Shown: positions 23,391 through 38,106, counted from the stretch's first letter. The stretch is DNA of 64,000 nucleotides from Escherichia coli (GCF_013122565.1 NZ_CP053258.1); one strand, 5' to 3'. Notes: generated from the sequence alone by a model not told the origin. Numbers and translations: made by a program.

Positions 23391-23463
23391 AGCAAGAATG
23401 AGGCTAATGAGCCAGGACAGTAGAGTTTTATCCCGCTCTTTCGTCGTTATTGTGGTCCGCTCG

Positions 23464-23493
23464 TAGGCCTGATAAGCGTAGCGCATCAGGCAA
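23464..23493. repeat. REP-like element between potD and cobB
   Basis: gtaggcctgataagcgtagcgcatcaggca. Confidence 0.5.
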
Positions 23494-23504
23494 TGTTTCC
23501 CGCT

Positions 23505-24326
23505 TTATAAGCCCTTCAGCAACTTTTCAACAAATTCTGGCACCACCTGGCTTGCCGGGCCGTAATATTTCTCGGCAAATTCATTACCAACCTGACTCGG
23601 TTCAAGATTGAGTTCCACGGTGTGTGCGCCATGCAGTTTCGCTTCGTGAACAAACCCAGCCGCCGGATAAACATGCCCCGAAGTACCAATGGCAATAAAA
23701 ATATCGGCCATCGACAACGCCATATAAATTTCATCCATACCGAGTGGCATTTCGCCAAACCAGACTACGTGCGGGCGCAAGGGTGCCGGGAACTGGCAGC
23801 AATGGCATTTATCTTCTGGGGTAACGTCTCCGGTCCAGTCGAGAACCTGACCACTTTGTGAACAACGAACTTTCAGCAGTTCTCCATGCATATGAATCAC
23901 ATTGGTATTACCTGCGCGTTCATGCAGGTTGTCTATATTCTGCGTTACCAGCAAAAAGCGATCGCCGAGGGCGTCTTGCAGTTTAGCCAGCGCAAGATGC
24001 GCGGCGTTAGGCTGAATTTCTGGCTGCTGCAGCTGTCGGCGACGGGCGTTATAAAACGCTTGCACCAGTTCAGGATCGCGATCGAAACCTTCCGGCGTTG
24101 CCACATCTTCAACCCGATGTTCTTCCCACAGGCCATCTGCGGCGCGAAAGGTACGAATACCTGATTCCGCAGAAATACCTGCCCCTGTCAGTACGAGTAC
24201 TCTTGGTTTTTCCATTGCTTCCGGCACCACTTTATCTCTGAAAAAAATACGCTGACGCAAACGCTCGCGCAGGCGGCGTTTATTTTTACGAAAACGACTT
24301 AACCGATGACCCCGACGCGACAGCAT
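23505..24326 (-). CDS. cobB: NAD-dependent protein deacylase CobB (sirtuin), long isoform
   Basis: 273-aa [64 protein letters not shown]... Confidence 0.93.
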   Translation of the reverse strand: MLSRRGHRLSRFRKNKRRLRERLRQRIFFRDKVVPEAMEKPRVLVLTGAGISAESGIRTFRAADGLWEEHRVEDVATPEGFDRDPELVQAFYNARRRQLQQPEIQPNAAHLALAKLQDALGDRFLLVTQNIDNLHERAGNTNVIHMHGELLKVRCSQSGQVLDWTGDVTPEDKCHCCQFPAPLRPHVVWFGEMPLGMDEIYMALSMADIFIAIGTSGHVYPAAGFVHEAKLHGAHTVELNLEPSQVGNEFAEKYYGPASQVVPEFVEKLLKGL

Positions 24327-24341
24327 AGCAACCTCTGTTGT

Positions 24342-25253
24342 TTAATCGGTTAGATGTAGGAAGGCCGCACCACGCATTCCTCCCGCATCACCGTGGCGCG
24401 CGCGTTCAATGCGCGGAACACGAGCTACAGGTAAGAGATGACGAGGCAGCCTGTCCGCCAGTTGCGTTGTGATTGCCGGGAAATTCGATAAGCCACCACC
24501 AATGACGACCAGGTCAGGGTCAACAATGGTCAGGATATTTCCCAGACAAACCGCTAATAAATCCAGATAACGCTCAACGTGCGCCCTTGCCTGCTCATCG
24601 CCTTGATCATAAAGCGCAATAATTTCGGGAGCCTGCAACGGTTGATGATAATAGTGTTGATACAGCCACGCAAAACCGCGACCAGACAGATAATTTTCAA
24701 TGCAGCCATGCTGACCACAGCCGCAGCGGCGTAACGGGAAATCCAACCCCATCATGGTTAACGCATCAACCGGCAGACGCATATGGCCAAACTCGCCGGT
24801 AATGTAGCTTTTACCGGTAATCGGTTTGCCGTTGAAAATCAGCCCGCCGCCAACGCCGGTACCGAGAATCAACCCCATCACCAACGGATATTGAGTAAAT
24901 TCATCATCCCAGGCTTCTGAAAGGGCAAAACAGTTGGCATCGTTATCAAGACGAACATCGCGATCAAGACGTGCGCTCAGGTCGGCACGCAGCGGTTTGC
25001 CGCTGGCAGCGGGGACATTAGCGGCATACAGCGTGCCATCTTCTGTTTCCGGCATTCCAGGAATACCGATACCGACAGAACCTTTACAGCCAAAACGTTG
25101 GTCAGCTTCGGCTACCAGTTCACACACTGCATCTAAAAATGCGTCATAGCTGTCACGCGGTGTCGGCACCCGCTTTTCCCACTGCAACTGCCGACCGCTA
25201 TCAAACACGCCAAGCGCAATTTTTGTTCCACCAATATCAAACCCGTAATACAT
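24342..25253 (-). CDS. nagK: N-acetyl-D-glucosamine kinase NagK
   Basis: ORF track 24342-25313; conserved start [29 protein letters not shown] at 25253 (303 aa). Confidence 0.93.
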
Positions 25254-25281
25254 TGCCGCTCCTTGTTTTAATGTACTGCCT

Positions 25282-28530
<3,249 letters not shown>

Positions 28531-28680
28531 TCAATCGGCTAAATTGCCATGGTTTATCATCAATCTTGCCGCCTGATCTTAATCTGAAAAATCATCCAAT
28601 ACAGACAGATACCCATTACACATAGGGTCATAACCAGCAGGATCAACCGCATGTAAATTAAAAAAGAGCGTGTTGTCCTG

Positions 28681-29754
28681 ATGAAACAAAAAGAGCTATG
28701 GATTAACCAGATCAAAGGGTTATGTATTTGTCTGGTGGTAATTTATCACTCGGTCATTACCTTTTATCCGCATATGACCACTTTTCAGCATCCGTTATCG
28801 GAAGTCCTGAGCAAATGCTGGATCTATTTCAATCTTTACCTTGCACCCTTTCGTATGCCGGTTTTTTTCTTTATATCCGGCTATTTGATTCGCCGCTATA
28901 TCGACAGCGTACCGTGGGGAAATTGTCTCGATAAACGGATCTGGAACATCTTCTGGGTGCTGGCGCTTTGGGGCGTGGTGCAGTGGCTGGCGTTAAGTGC
29001 GCTGAACCAGTGGCTGGCACCTGAGCGCGATTTAAGCAATGCCTCCAATGCCGCGTATGCCGATTCCACCGGTGAGTTCCTGCACGGGATGCTCACCGCC
29101 AGCACCAGCTTGTGGTATCTGTATGCTTTAATCGTTTATTTCGTGGTATGTAAAATTTTTAGCCATCTGGCGCTGCCACTATTCGCCTTGTTTGTACTGC
29201 TGAGTGTGGCGGTTAATTTCGTTCCCACGCCGTGGTGGGGAATGAACAGTGTGATCCGCAATTTGCCTTATTACAGCCTTGGCGCATGGTTTGGCGCAAC
29301 ATTAATGACCTGTGTTAAAGAGGTGCCGCTGCGCCGCCATCTGCTGATGGCTTTTTTGTTGGCTGTTCTGGCGGTCGGTGCCTGGTTGTTTACTATCTCG
29401 CTGCTGTTGTCGCTGGTATCGATTGTGGTGATCATGAAGCTGTTTTATCAGTACGAGCAACGTTTCGGTATGCACTCCACCAGCCTGCTGAATGTGATTG
29501 GCTCCAACACCATTGCTATCTACACCACCCATCGCATTCTGGTTGAAATATTCAGCTTAACTCTGCTTGCGCAAATGAACGCAGCACGCTGGTCGCCGCA
29601 AGTCGAACTGACACTCCTGCTGGTTTACCCCTTTGTCAGTTTGTTCATCTGTACTGTTGCGGGCTTGCTGGTAAGAAAACTTTCACAGCGCGCATTCAGC
29701 GATCTGTTGTTCTCCCCGCCTTCTCTGCCCGCGGCCGTCAGTTACTCCCGCTAA
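28681..29754 (+). CDS. ycfT: Inner-membrane acyltransferase-family protein YcfT
   Basis: 357-aa multi-TM ORF MKQKELWINQIKGLCICLVVIYHSVITFYPHMTTFQHPLSEV... Confidence 0.85.
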   Translation: MKQKELWINQIKGLCICLVVIYHSVITFYPHMTTFQHPLSEVLSKCWIYFNLYLAPFRMPVFFFISGYLIRRYIDSVPWGNCLDKRIWNIFWVLALWGVVQWLALSALNQWLAPERDLSNASNAAYADSTGEFLHGMLTASTSLWYLYALIVYFVVCKIFSHLALPLFALFVLLSVAVNFVPTPWWGMNSVIRNLPYYSLGAWFGATLMTCVKEVPLRRHLLMAFLLAVLAVGAWLFTISLLLSLVSIVVIMKLFYQYEQRFGMHSTSLLNVIGSNTIAIYTTHRILVEIFSLTLLAQMNAARWSPQVELTLLLVYPFVSLFICTVAGLLVRKLSQRAFSDLLFSPPSLPAAVSYSR

Positions 29755-29881
29755 GCCATCGCCCCAGCTGGGGCGAATCAATTTGCTAAACCATGTCGAT
29801 TACGGATAATGAACAGCATTGCTTATCAGAGATATGCCCCCATATGTTGAGGCATATCCTAACGAGAATCTGACAACCGTT

Positions 29882-32800
29882 ATGCCTGAACAATATCGTT
29901 ATACGCTGCCCGTCACAGCGGGTGAGCAGCGTCTGCTGGGCGAGTTAACCGGCGCTGCCTGTGCGACGCTGGTAGCGGAAATTGCCGAACGTCACGCCGG
30001 ACCAGTGGTGCTTATTGCGCCAGATATGCAAAATGCTCTGCGTTTGCATGATGAAATCAGCCAGTTTACCGATCAGATGGTGATGAATCTGGCGGACTGG
30101 GAAACTCTTCCCTACGACAGTTTTTCGCCTCATCAGGACATTATCTCCTCGCGCCTTTCCACCCTTTACCAGCTACCGACAATGCAGCGTGGCGTACTGA
30201 TTGTTCCGGTGAATACGCTTATGCAGCGCGTTTGCCCGCACAGTTTCCTCCACGGTCATGCGCTGGTGATGAAAAAAGGTCAGCGCCTGTCACGAGATGC
30301 ATTACGAACCCAACTGGACAGCGCCGGTTATCGCCATGTTGACCAGGTGATGGAGCACGGCGAATACGCCACGCGTGGCGCGTTGCTGGATCTCTTCCCG
30401 ATGGGAAGTGAGCTGCCTTATCGTCTTGATTTCTTTGATGATGAAATCGACAGTCTGCGGGTGTTTGACGTCGATAGCCAGCGCACGCTGGAGGAAGTAG
30501 AAGCGATCAATCTGCTGCCCGCGCACGAATTTCCGACCGATAAAGCGGCAATTGAACTGTTCCGCAGCCAGTGGCGCGATACCTTCGAAGTGAAGCGCGA
30601 TCCGGAACATATTTACCAGCAAGTGAGTAAAGGCACATTACCTGCCGGGATCGAGTACTGGCAGCCATTGTTCTTCAGCGAACCGCTGCCGCCACTGTTC
30701 AGTTATTTCCCTGCCAATACCTTGCTGGTGAATACTGGCGATCTGGAAACCAGTGCCGAACGTTTCCAGGCTGACACGCTGGCGCGTTTTGAGAATCGCG
30801 GCGTCGATCCGATGCGCCCACTGTTGCCACCACAATCGCTCTGGCTGCGGGTGGACGAGCTCTTCTCAGAGCTGAAAAACTGGCCCCGGGTGCAGCTAAA
30901 AACTGAACATTTACCGACAAAAGCCGCGAATGCCAATTTAGGTTTCCAGAAACTGCCAGACCTGGCCGTTCAGGCACAACAAAAAGCACCGCTGGATGCG
31001 CTGCGTAAGTTCCTCGAGTCTTTCGACGGTCCGGTGGTGTTCTCGGTAGAAAGTGAAGGCCGCCGTGAAGCGCTTGGTGAGCTGCTCGCGCGAATTAAAA
31101 TTGCTCCGCAACGCATTATGCGTCTTGATGAAGCCAGCGACCGTGGGCGTTATCTGATGATTGGCGCTGCCGAACATGGTTTTGTCGATAAGGTGCGTAA
31201 CCTGGCGCTGATTTGCGAAAGCGATCTGCTCGGTGAACGTGTTGCCCGCCGTCGTCAGGATTCTCGCCGCACCATCAACCCCGATACACTGATCCGCAAC
31301 CTCGCGGAGCTGCATATTGGCCAGCCGGTGGTCCATCTGGAGCACGGCGTCGGTCGCTATGCCGGAATGACCACGCTGGAAGCTGGCGGCATTACCGGCG
31401 AGTACCTGATGCTCACCTATGCCAACGACGCCAAACTGTATGTTCCGGTGTCGTCACTGCATCTGATTAGCCGTTACGCGGGTGGCGCGGAAGAAAACGC
31501 CCCGCTGCATAAACTTGGCGGCGATGCGTGGTCACGCGCGCGGCAGAAAGCGGCGGAAAAAGTGCGTGATGTGGCGGCAGAATTGCTGGATATCTACGCG
31601 CAACGCGCCGCCAAAGAGGGCTTCGCGTTTAAACACGATCGTGAGCAGTATCAGTTGTTCTGCGACAGCTTCCCGTTTGAAACCACGCCGGATCAGGCAC
31701 AGGCCATTAATGCGGTACTTAGCGACATGTGTCAGCCGCTGGCAATGGATCGTCTGGTGTGCGGCGATGTTGGCTTTGGTAAAACAGAAGTGGCGATGCG
31801 CGCTGCTTTCCTGGCAGTAGATAACCACAAGCAGGTGGCGGTGCTGGTGCCTACCACCCTTCTCGCGCAGCAGCATTACGACAACTTCCGCGACCGTTTC
31901 GCCAACTGGCCGGTACGTATCGAAATGATCTCCCGTTTCCGCAGCGCCAAAGAGCAGACGCAAATCCTTGCGGAAGTGGCGGAAGGGAAAATCGATATTC
32001 TGATCGGTACGCACAAACTGCTGCAAAATGACGTCAAGTTTAAAGATTTAGGCCTGCTGATTGTCGATGAAGAACACCGCTTCGGGGTGCGTCATAAAGA
32101 GCGCATTAAAGCGATGCGCGCGAACGTGGATATTCTGACGCTTACTGCAACGCCGATCCCACGTACGCTGAATATGGCAATGAGCGGAATGCGTGACCTG
32201 TCGATTATCGCCACGCCGCCCGCCCGTCGTCTGGCAGTTAAAACCTTTGTCCGTGAGTATGACAGCCTGGTGGTCCGGGAGGCGATCCTGCGTGAAATTT
32301 TGCGCGGGGGGCAGGTTTATTATCTCTACAATGATGTGGAAAACATCCAGAAAGCCGCCGAACGGCTGGCAGAACTGGTGCCAGAAGCGCGGATCGCCAT
32401 CGGTCACGGGCAGATGCGCGAGCGAGAACTGGAACGGGTGATGAATGATTTCCATCATCAACGTTTCAACGTGCTGGTTTGTACCACCATTATCGAAACC
32501 GGGATCGACATCCCGACAGCCAACACCATTATCATTGAACGGGCGGATCACTTCGGTCTGGCGCAGCTGCACCAGTTGCGCGGTCGCGTCGGACGTTCAC
32601 ATCATCAGGCATATGCATGGCTGCTGACGCCGCATCCAAAAGCGATGACTACCGATGCGCAAAAACGTCTTGAAGCGATTGCCTCGCTGGAAGATCTCGG
32701 TGCAGGCTTTGCGCTGGCAACGCACGATCTGGAGATTCGCGGCGCGGGTGAACTGCTTGGCGAAGAACAAAGCGGATCAATGGAAACCATCGGTTTCTCG

Positions 32801-33328
32801 CTGTATATGGAGTTGCTGGAAAACGCCGTCGATGCACTGAAAGCCGGACGCGAGCCGTCGCTGGAAGATCTCACCAGCCAGCAAACAGAAGTCGAGCTGC
32901 GGATGCCGTCGCTATTGCCAGATGATTTCATTCCTGACGTGAATACGCGTTTGTCGTTCTATAAACGTATTGCCAGCGCCAAAACGGAAAACGAACTGGA
33001 AGAGATCAAAGTTGAGCTTATCGATCGCTTCGGCCTGCTGCCGGATCCGGCGCGTACCCTGCTGGATGTTGCCCGTCTGCGCCAGCAAGCGCAGAAACTG
33101 GGGATTAGGAAGCTGGAAGGTAATGAGAAAGGCGGCGTGATCGAATTTGCCGAGAAGAATCACGTTAATCCGGCCTGGTTGATTGGTTTGCTGCAAAAAC
33201 AGCCGCAGCATTACCGCCTTGATGGTCCGACGCGCCTGAAATTTATTCAGGATTTGAGTGAGCGGAAAACGCGTATCGAATGGGTACGCCAGTTTATGCG
33301 TGAACTGGAAGAGAACGCGATCGCTTAA
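29882..33328 (+). CDS. mfd: Transcription-repair coupling factor Mfd
   Basis: ORF track 29819-33328; conserved start MPEQYRYTLPVTAGEQRLLGELTGAA at 29882 (1148 aa); helicase motifs GDVGFGKTEVA, DEEHRFG. Confidence 0.97.
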   Translation: MPEQYRYTLPVTAGEQRLLGELTGAACATLVAEIAERHAGPVVLIAPDMQNALRLHDEISQFTDQMVMNLADWETLPYDSFSPHQDIISSRLSTLYQLPTMQRGVLIVPVNTLMQRVCPHSFLHGHALVMKKGQRLSRDALRTQLDSAGYRHVDQVMEHGEYATRGALLDLFPMGSELPYRLDFFDDEIDSLRVFDVDSQRTLEEVEAINLLPAHEFPTDKAAIELFRSQWRDTFEVKRDPEHIYQQVSKGTLPAGIEYWQPLFFSEPLPPLFSYFPANTLLVNTGDLETSAERFQADTLARFENRGVDPMRPLLPPQSLWLRVDELFSELKNWPRVQLKTEHLPTKAANANLGFQKLPDLAVQAQQKAPLDALRKFLESFDGPVVFSVESEGRREALGELLARIKIAPQRIMRLDEASDRGRYLMIGAAEHGFVDKVRNLALICESDLLGERVARRRQDSRRTINPDTLIRNLAELHIGQPVVHLEHGVGRYAGMTTLEAGGITGEYLMLTYANDAKLYVPVSSLHLISRYAGGAEENAPLHKLGGDAWSRARQKAAEKVRDVAAELLDIYAQRAAKEGFAFKHDREQYQLFCDSFPFETTPDQAQAINAVLSDMCQPLAMDRLVCGDVGFGKTEVAMRAAFLAVDNHKQVAVLVPTTLLAQQHYDNFRDRFANWPVRIEMISRFRSAKEQTQILAEVAEGKIDILIGTHKLLQNDVKFKDLGLLIVDEEHRFGVRHKERIKAMRANVDILTLTATPIPRTLNMAMSGMRDLSIIATPPARRLAVKTFVREYDSLVVREAILREILRGGQVYYLYNDVENIQKAAERLAELVPEARIAIGHGQMRERELERVMNDFHHQRFNVLVCTTIIETGIDIPTANTIIIERADHFGLAQLHQLRGRVGRSHHQAYAWLLTPHPKAMTTDAQKRLEAIASLEDLGAGFALATHDLEIRGAGELLGEEQSGSMETIGFSLYMELLENAVDALKAGREPSLEDLTSQQTEVELRMPSLLPDDFIPDVNTRLSFYKRIASAKTENELEEIKVELIDRFGLLPDPARTLLDVARLRQQAQKLGIRKLEGNEKGGVIEFAEKNHVNPAWLIGLLQKQPQHYRLDGPTRLKFIQDLSERKTRIEWVRQFMRELEENAIA

Positions 33329-33471
33329 TGGTAAATCTGGGGCGTTTCTGCGCCCCCATCTGCAACATTTACAAATTCTTTGCACTTCCCTTCACTATCC
33401 GACACTGTCACCATCCATAATTCAGGCTTATCTGTTTATTACAATAACCTTATATTTATTATGGATTTTTG

Positions 33472-34434
33472 GTGATGATCAAAACGCGTTTTTCTCGCTG
33501 GCTAACGTTTTTTACGTTCGCCGCTGCCGTGGCGCTGGCGCTACCGGCAAAAGCCAACACCTGGCCGCTGCCGCCAGCGGGCAGTCGTCTGGTTGGCGAA
33601 AACAAATTTCATGTGGTGGAAAATGACGGTGGTTCTCTGGAAGCCATCGCCAAAAAATATAACGTCGGCTTTCTCGCTCTGTTACAGGCTAACCCCGGCG
33701 TTGATCCTTACGTACCGCGCGCGGGTAGCGTGTTAACGATCCCGTTGCAAACCCTACTTCCAGATGCGCCGCGCGAAGGCATTGTGATCAACATTGCGGA
33801 GCTGCGTCTCTATTATTATCCGCCGGGAAAAAATTCGGTAACCGTGTATCCAATAGGTATTGGTCAGTTAGGTGGTGACACGCTGACACCGACAATGGTG
33901 ACCACCGTTTCTGACAAGCGTGCAAACCCAACCTGGACGCCAACGGCAAACATCCGAGCCCGTTATAAAGCACAGGGAATTGATTTGCCTGCGGTGGTTC
34001 CGGCTGGACCGGATAACCCAATGGGTCATCATGCGATTCGTCTGGCGGCCTATGGCGGCGTTTATTTGCTTCACGGTACGAACGCCGATTTCGGCATTGG
34101 CATGCGGGTAAGTTCTGGCTGTATTCGTCTGCGGGATGACGATATCAAAACACTCTTTAGCCAGGTCACTCCAGGTACCAAAGTAAATATCATCAACACC
34201 CCGATTAAAGTCTCTGCCGAACCAAACGGTGCGCGTCTGGTTGAAGTACATCAGCCGCTGTCAGAGAAGATTGATGACGATCCGCAGCTGCTGCCAATTA
34301 CGCTGAATAGCGCAATGCAATCGTTTAAAGATGCAGCACAAACTGACGCTGAAGTGATGCAACATGTGATGGATGTCCGTTCCGGGATGCCGGTGGATGT
34401 CCGCCGTCATCAAGTGAGCCCACAAACTCTGTAA
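33472..34434 (+). CDS. ldtC: L,D-transpeptidase LdtC (YcfS), LysM + YkuD domains
   Basis: ORF track 33469-34434; three clustered starts (TTG/GTG/ATG); signal peptide; catalytic SSGCIRL motif. Confidence 0.9.
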   Translation: MMIKTRFSRWLTFFTFAAAVALALPAKANTWPLPPAGSRLVGENKFHVVENDGGSLEAIAKKYNVGFLALLQANPGVDPYVPRAGSVLTIPLQTLLPDAPREGIVINIAELRLYYYPPGKNSVTVYPIGIGQLGGDTLTPTMVTTVSDKRANPTWTPTANIRARYKAQGIDLPAVVPAGPDNPMGHHAIRLAAYGGVYLLHGTNADFGIGMRVSSGCIRLRDDDIKTLFSQVTPGTKVNIINTPIKVSAEPNGARLVEVHQPLSEKIDDDPQLLPITLNSAMQSFKDAAQTDAEVMQHVMDVRSGMPVDVRRHQVSPQTL

Positions 34435-34513
34435 ATCCTGGATAAAAAAAATCCCCGCGACACGGCATGTCGCGGGGAAAATCAGAGTAGCAGGCATTAA
34501 TGAGGGTTAATGC

Positions 34514-34771
34514 TTATTTATAAATTACTGCTGTTCCATGGAGGGTATTCGGACCGGTTACAGAAGTAATACGGAAAGATTTTGCGCCCATCTCATCCGC
34601 TTTTTGCGCCAGCTGCTCTTCCAGCGATCCCAGATTTGTCCCCGCGTTAGCACTGATAGTACCGACTTTTTGTTGGCCTTCTGGCGTTGACTGAACTTCG
34701 ACAGCCGCAAAGCTGGCAAATGACATGGAGCTTAAAATCGCCGCAGCGATGAGGGTTTTTACGTTTTTCAT
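34514..34771 (-). CDS. bhsA: Multiple stress resistance protein BhsA (YcfR), DUF1471
   Basis: 85-aa ORF MKNVKTLIAAAILSSMSFASFAAVEVQSTPEGQQKVGTISANAGTNLGSLEEQLAQKADEMGAKSFRITSVTGPNTLHGTAVIYK. Confidence 0.92.
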   Translation of the reverse strand: MKNVKTLIAAAILSSMSFASFAAVEVQSTPEGQQKVGTISANAGTNLGSLEEQLAQKADEMGAKSFRITSVTGPNTLHGTAVIYK

Positions 34772-35011
34772 AATAGTGGCCTTATGCAGATGAATGACGT
34801 CGCAAGCAATTACTTAACGATCGATAACTAAATGATAGATGTGATCTGGATCACATACAAGATATTTTTTATAACAATCATTAATTAATTTAAAAATCTT
34901 TAAATTTCAGTTAAATAGAAAGCAATTATTTTTATGGGGTCTGGACTGGTGAACGGAGGTGATTATTTTTATAATAACCTTTCATTCACAGTCACCAGGT
35001 ACAACGGCATC

Positions 35012-35644
35012 ATGGCAACTGACTCAACACAATGTGTAAAAAAAAGCCGTGGCCGCCCAAAAGTGTTCGACAGGGATGCCGCGCTTGATAAGGCCATGAA
35101 ATTGTTCTGGCAGCACGGTTATGAAGCGACTTCTCTTGCGGACCTCGTCGAAGCGACCGGAGCCAAAGCGCCCACGCTATACGCGGAATTTACCAACAAA
35201 GAGGGGTTATTTCGTGCCGTTCTCGACCGCTATATCGATCGTTTTGCCGCTAAGCATGAAGCACAGCTGTTTTGTGAAGAGAAAAGCGTGGAGTCTGCGC
35301 TGGCTGACTATTTTGCTGCCATCGCCAACTGCTTTACCAGCAAAGACACCCCGGCAGGCTGCTTCATGATCAACAACTGCACCACCCTCTCCCCAGATTC
35401 AGGAGATATCGCCAATACGCTGAAATCACGCCATGCGATGCAAGAGCGCACTTTGCAGCAGTTTTTATGTCAACGACAAGCGCGCGGGGAAATCCCGACC
35501 CACTGTGACGTGACGCATCTGGCAGAATTCCTTAATTGTATTATTCAGGGGATGTCGATCAGCGCACGCGAAGGTGCATCGCTGGAAAAACTGATGCAGA
35601 TTGCCCGAACGACTTTGCGTTTATGGCCGGAACTGCTGAAATAA
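35012..35644 (+). CDS. comR: TetR-family repressor ComR (YcfQ)
   Basis: ORF track 34934-35644; conserved start MATDSTQCVKKSRGRPKVFDRDAALDKAMKLFWQHGYEATSLADLVEATG at 35012 (210 aa). Confidence 0.9.
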   Translation: MATDSTQCVKKSRGRPKVFDRDAALDKAMKLFWQHGYEATSLADLVEATGAKAPTLYAEFTNKEGLFRAVLDRYIDRFAAKHEAQLFCEEKSVESALADYFAAIANCFTSKDTPAGCFMINNCTTLSPDSGDIANTLKSRHAMQERTLQQFLCQRQARGEIPTHCDVTHLAEFLNCIIQGMSISAREGASLEKLMQIARTTLRLWPELLK

Positions 35645-35656
35645 GTCGCAAAAAAA

Positions 35657-35682
35657 GCCCCTCAGCCTGAGCGAATGAGGGG
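35657..35682. terminator. Bidirectional hairpin between convergent comR and ycfJ
   Basis: gcccctca-gcctgagcgaa-tgaggggc, flanked by an A-run on the left. Confidence 0.6.
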
Positions 35683-35705
35683 CCAAATTGCAGAGTACAG
35701 CCTTG

Positions 35706-36245
35706 TTATACTTTGTTATTCAAAATCAGTTGCCCGTTGCTATCTAGCGGGATCTGCGTACCCGGATCGCGGTCCATGCGGATTTTGCCCTGCTGATCGC
35801 CAATCTTATAGGTCACATCATAACCGAGCATTTTTTCTGACTTGTCATACACCGTTTTACAACGCTGTTGCGTAGTCGTGTAAGTATCGCTTTCCTGGAG
35901 AGAGCCCTGGATCTGGTTACCGGCATATCCACCACCCAGCGCCCCCACAACAGTGGCGACATCTTTACCACGACCACCACCAAACTGATGCCCTATCACG
36001 CCGCCAGCAACAGCGCCGAGCACCGACCCGGTAATGCGATTTTCATCCTGCACCGGTCGACGATGGGTCACTGTGACGTTGCGACACTCCTGACGCGGTG
36101 TTTTAACCGTTTCCTTGATTGGAGTTGCAGAAACAACCTGAGCGTATTGCGGGCCCCGTTCAAACACGTTCAGACTGGCCACTGCCGCTACGCCCAGCGC
36201 AGCTGCGACACCAATCCCGATACCCGCCAACATTGATTTATTCAC
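35706..36245 (-). CDS. ycfJ: Uncharacterized membrane/periplasmic protein YcfJ (glycine-zipper containing)
   Basis: ORF track 35706-36284; conserved GTG start at 36245 with GGAGG Shine-Dalgarno (179 aa); LAGIGIGVAAALGVAAVA glycine zipper. Confidence 0.85.
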   Translation of the reverse strand: MNKSMLAGIGIGVAAALGVAAVASLNVFERGPQYAQVVSATPIKETVKTPRQECRNVTVTHRRPVQDENRITGSVLGAVAGGVIGHQFGGGRGKDVATVVGALGGGYAGNQIQGSLQESDTYTTTQQRCKTVYDKSEKMLGYDVTYKIGDQQGKIRMDRDPGTQIPLDSNGQLILNNKV

Positions 36246-36372
36246 GGGAACACCTCCTTCTTTGCAGTTATGCCAATCATGCAAGCGAAGGAGAAAAGCA
36301 GCTATCAGACAGAAGATGAAAAGCGCGGGAATGGCTGGAAATACTTAAGGATTCGGAGGAGTCTGAAGGAAT

Positions 36373-36459
36373 GCCTGATGCGACGCTTAACGCGTCTTAT
36401 CAGGCCTACCGCTCGTACCATTTGTCCAGGGCGGATGAGGCGTTTATGCCACATCCGCC
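36373..36459. repeat. REP/BIME cluster between ycfJ and ndh
   Basis: gcctgatgcgacgcttaacgcgtcttatcaggcctac and ggcggatgaggcgtttatgccacatccgcc. Confidence 0.6.
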
Positions 36460-36471
36460 AGTGTACGTCGA

Positions 36472-37776
36472 TTAATGCAACTTCAAACGCGGACGGATAA
36501 CGCGGTTAATACTCCCCACCAGCATCATTAATCCGGTTTTAAAGTAACCATGCAGCGCAATCTGATGCATTCGGTATAGCGAGATATATACAAAGCGCGC
36601 AATTCGTCCTTCAATCATCATTGAGCCGCGCGTCAGGTTACCCATCAGGCTACCGACGGTGGAGAAGTTCGACAGCGATACCAGCGAACCATGATCTTTA
36701 TACTGATAATTTTTCAGCGGCTTACCGTTCATCTGCGCCAGAATGTTGTTCATTGCGCAGGTCGCCATCTGGTGTGCAGCCTGAGCTCGCGGCGGAACAA
36801 AGCCCCCTTCCGGACGCGGGCATGACGCGCAGTCGCCAATAGCATAAATGTCTGGATCGCGAGTGGTTTGCAGCGTCGGTTCCACCACCAGTTGGTTGAT
36901 ACGGTTGGTTTCAAGACCACCGATATCTTTCAGGAAGTCTGGCGCTTTGATCCCAGCTGCCCATACCATCAGATCAGCCTCAATATATTCGCCATCTTTA
37001 GTGTGCAGGCCGCCTTCATCAGCACTGGTGACCATGGTTTGCGTCAGCACGCGAACGCCAAGTTTCGTTAGCTCGTTGTGGGCCGCAGCAGAGATACGTG
37101 GCGGTAATGCAGGCAAAATACGTTCTCCCGCTTCTACCAGCGTTACGTTCAGTGCTTCGTTGGTCAGGCCTTTGTAACCGTAGCTGTGCAGTTGCTTGAC
37201 CGCGTTGTGCAATTCAGCGGAGAGTTCTACACCCGTCGCGCCGCCGCCGACAATCGCAATGTTCACTTTGCCATTTGCGCCCAGGTTGGCGGAGTATTTC
37301 AGGAAGAGATTCAGCATCTCCTGGTGAAAGCGACGCGCCTGGTGCGGGTTATCGAGGAAAATGCAGTTCTCTTTGACACCTGGCGTATTGAAATCGTTAG
37401 AGGTGCTACCCAGCGCCATTACCAGGGTGTCATAGGCGATTTTACGTTCCGGAACCAGCAGTTCACCTTTCTCGTCGCGCAGTTCTGCAATAGTGATTGT
37501 TTTCGCTTCACGATCAATATCAATGACGGAACCCAGCTGGAACTGGAAACCATGATTACGCGCATGGGCCAGATAGCTCAACGCATCGACGCCTTCATCA
37601 AGCGAGCCAGTCGCCACTTCGTGCAGCAGCGGTTTCCACAGGTGGCTGTGGTTACGATCGACCAGCGTAATTTTGGCTTTTTTCTTGCGTCCCAGCTTAT
37701 GCCCCAGCTGTGTTGCCATTTCCAGCCCACCAGCACCGCCGCCGACAATCACAATTTTTTTCAATGGCGTAGTCAA
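36472..37776 (-). CDS. ndh: NADH:quinone oxidoreductase II (NDH-2)
   Basis: ORF track 36472-37803; conserved TTG start at 37776 with AAGGGGG Shine-Dalgarno giving (M)[28 protein letters not shown]... (434 aa). Confidence 0.95.
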
Positions 37777-37912
37777 CGTGACCCCCTTAAATTTATTAAC
37801 CAATTGTTAATTAATGGTTATTAACATAGCTCTTAATTAACAACAGGTTACAGCAATGAAAATGTTCTTCGCTATTGAGAATAACATGAATGGTGCATTG
37901 GTCATACCAAAA

Positions 37913-37926
37913 TTGATGTTAATCAA
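37913..37926. promoter_or_regulatory. Perfect FNR-type site TTGAT-N4-ATCAA in the ndh promoter
   Basis: ttgatgttaatcaa about 140 nt upstream of the ndh start; ndh is known to be FNR-repressed. Confidence 0.6.
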
Positions 37927-38047
37927 GTTTTGTTGCTGAAAAGATAGGCGACTTTACCGGGTGAGATCAAAAAACAGAGTTTATTGTTTATTATTTGAGC
38001 GAATTTGTGAGAGTGATATAGAGTGAGAGGTGTATGTAGGGCGTTTG

Positions 38048-38100
38048 GTAGGCCTGATAAGAGGCGCATCAGGTACCGGCAAGGTTACCTGATGCGACGA
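38048..38100. repeat. REP elements between ndh promoter region and ycfP
   Basis: gtaggcctgataagaggcgcatcaggtaccggcaaggttacctgatgcgacga. Confidence 0.5.
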
Positions 38101-38106
38101 GGGCAT

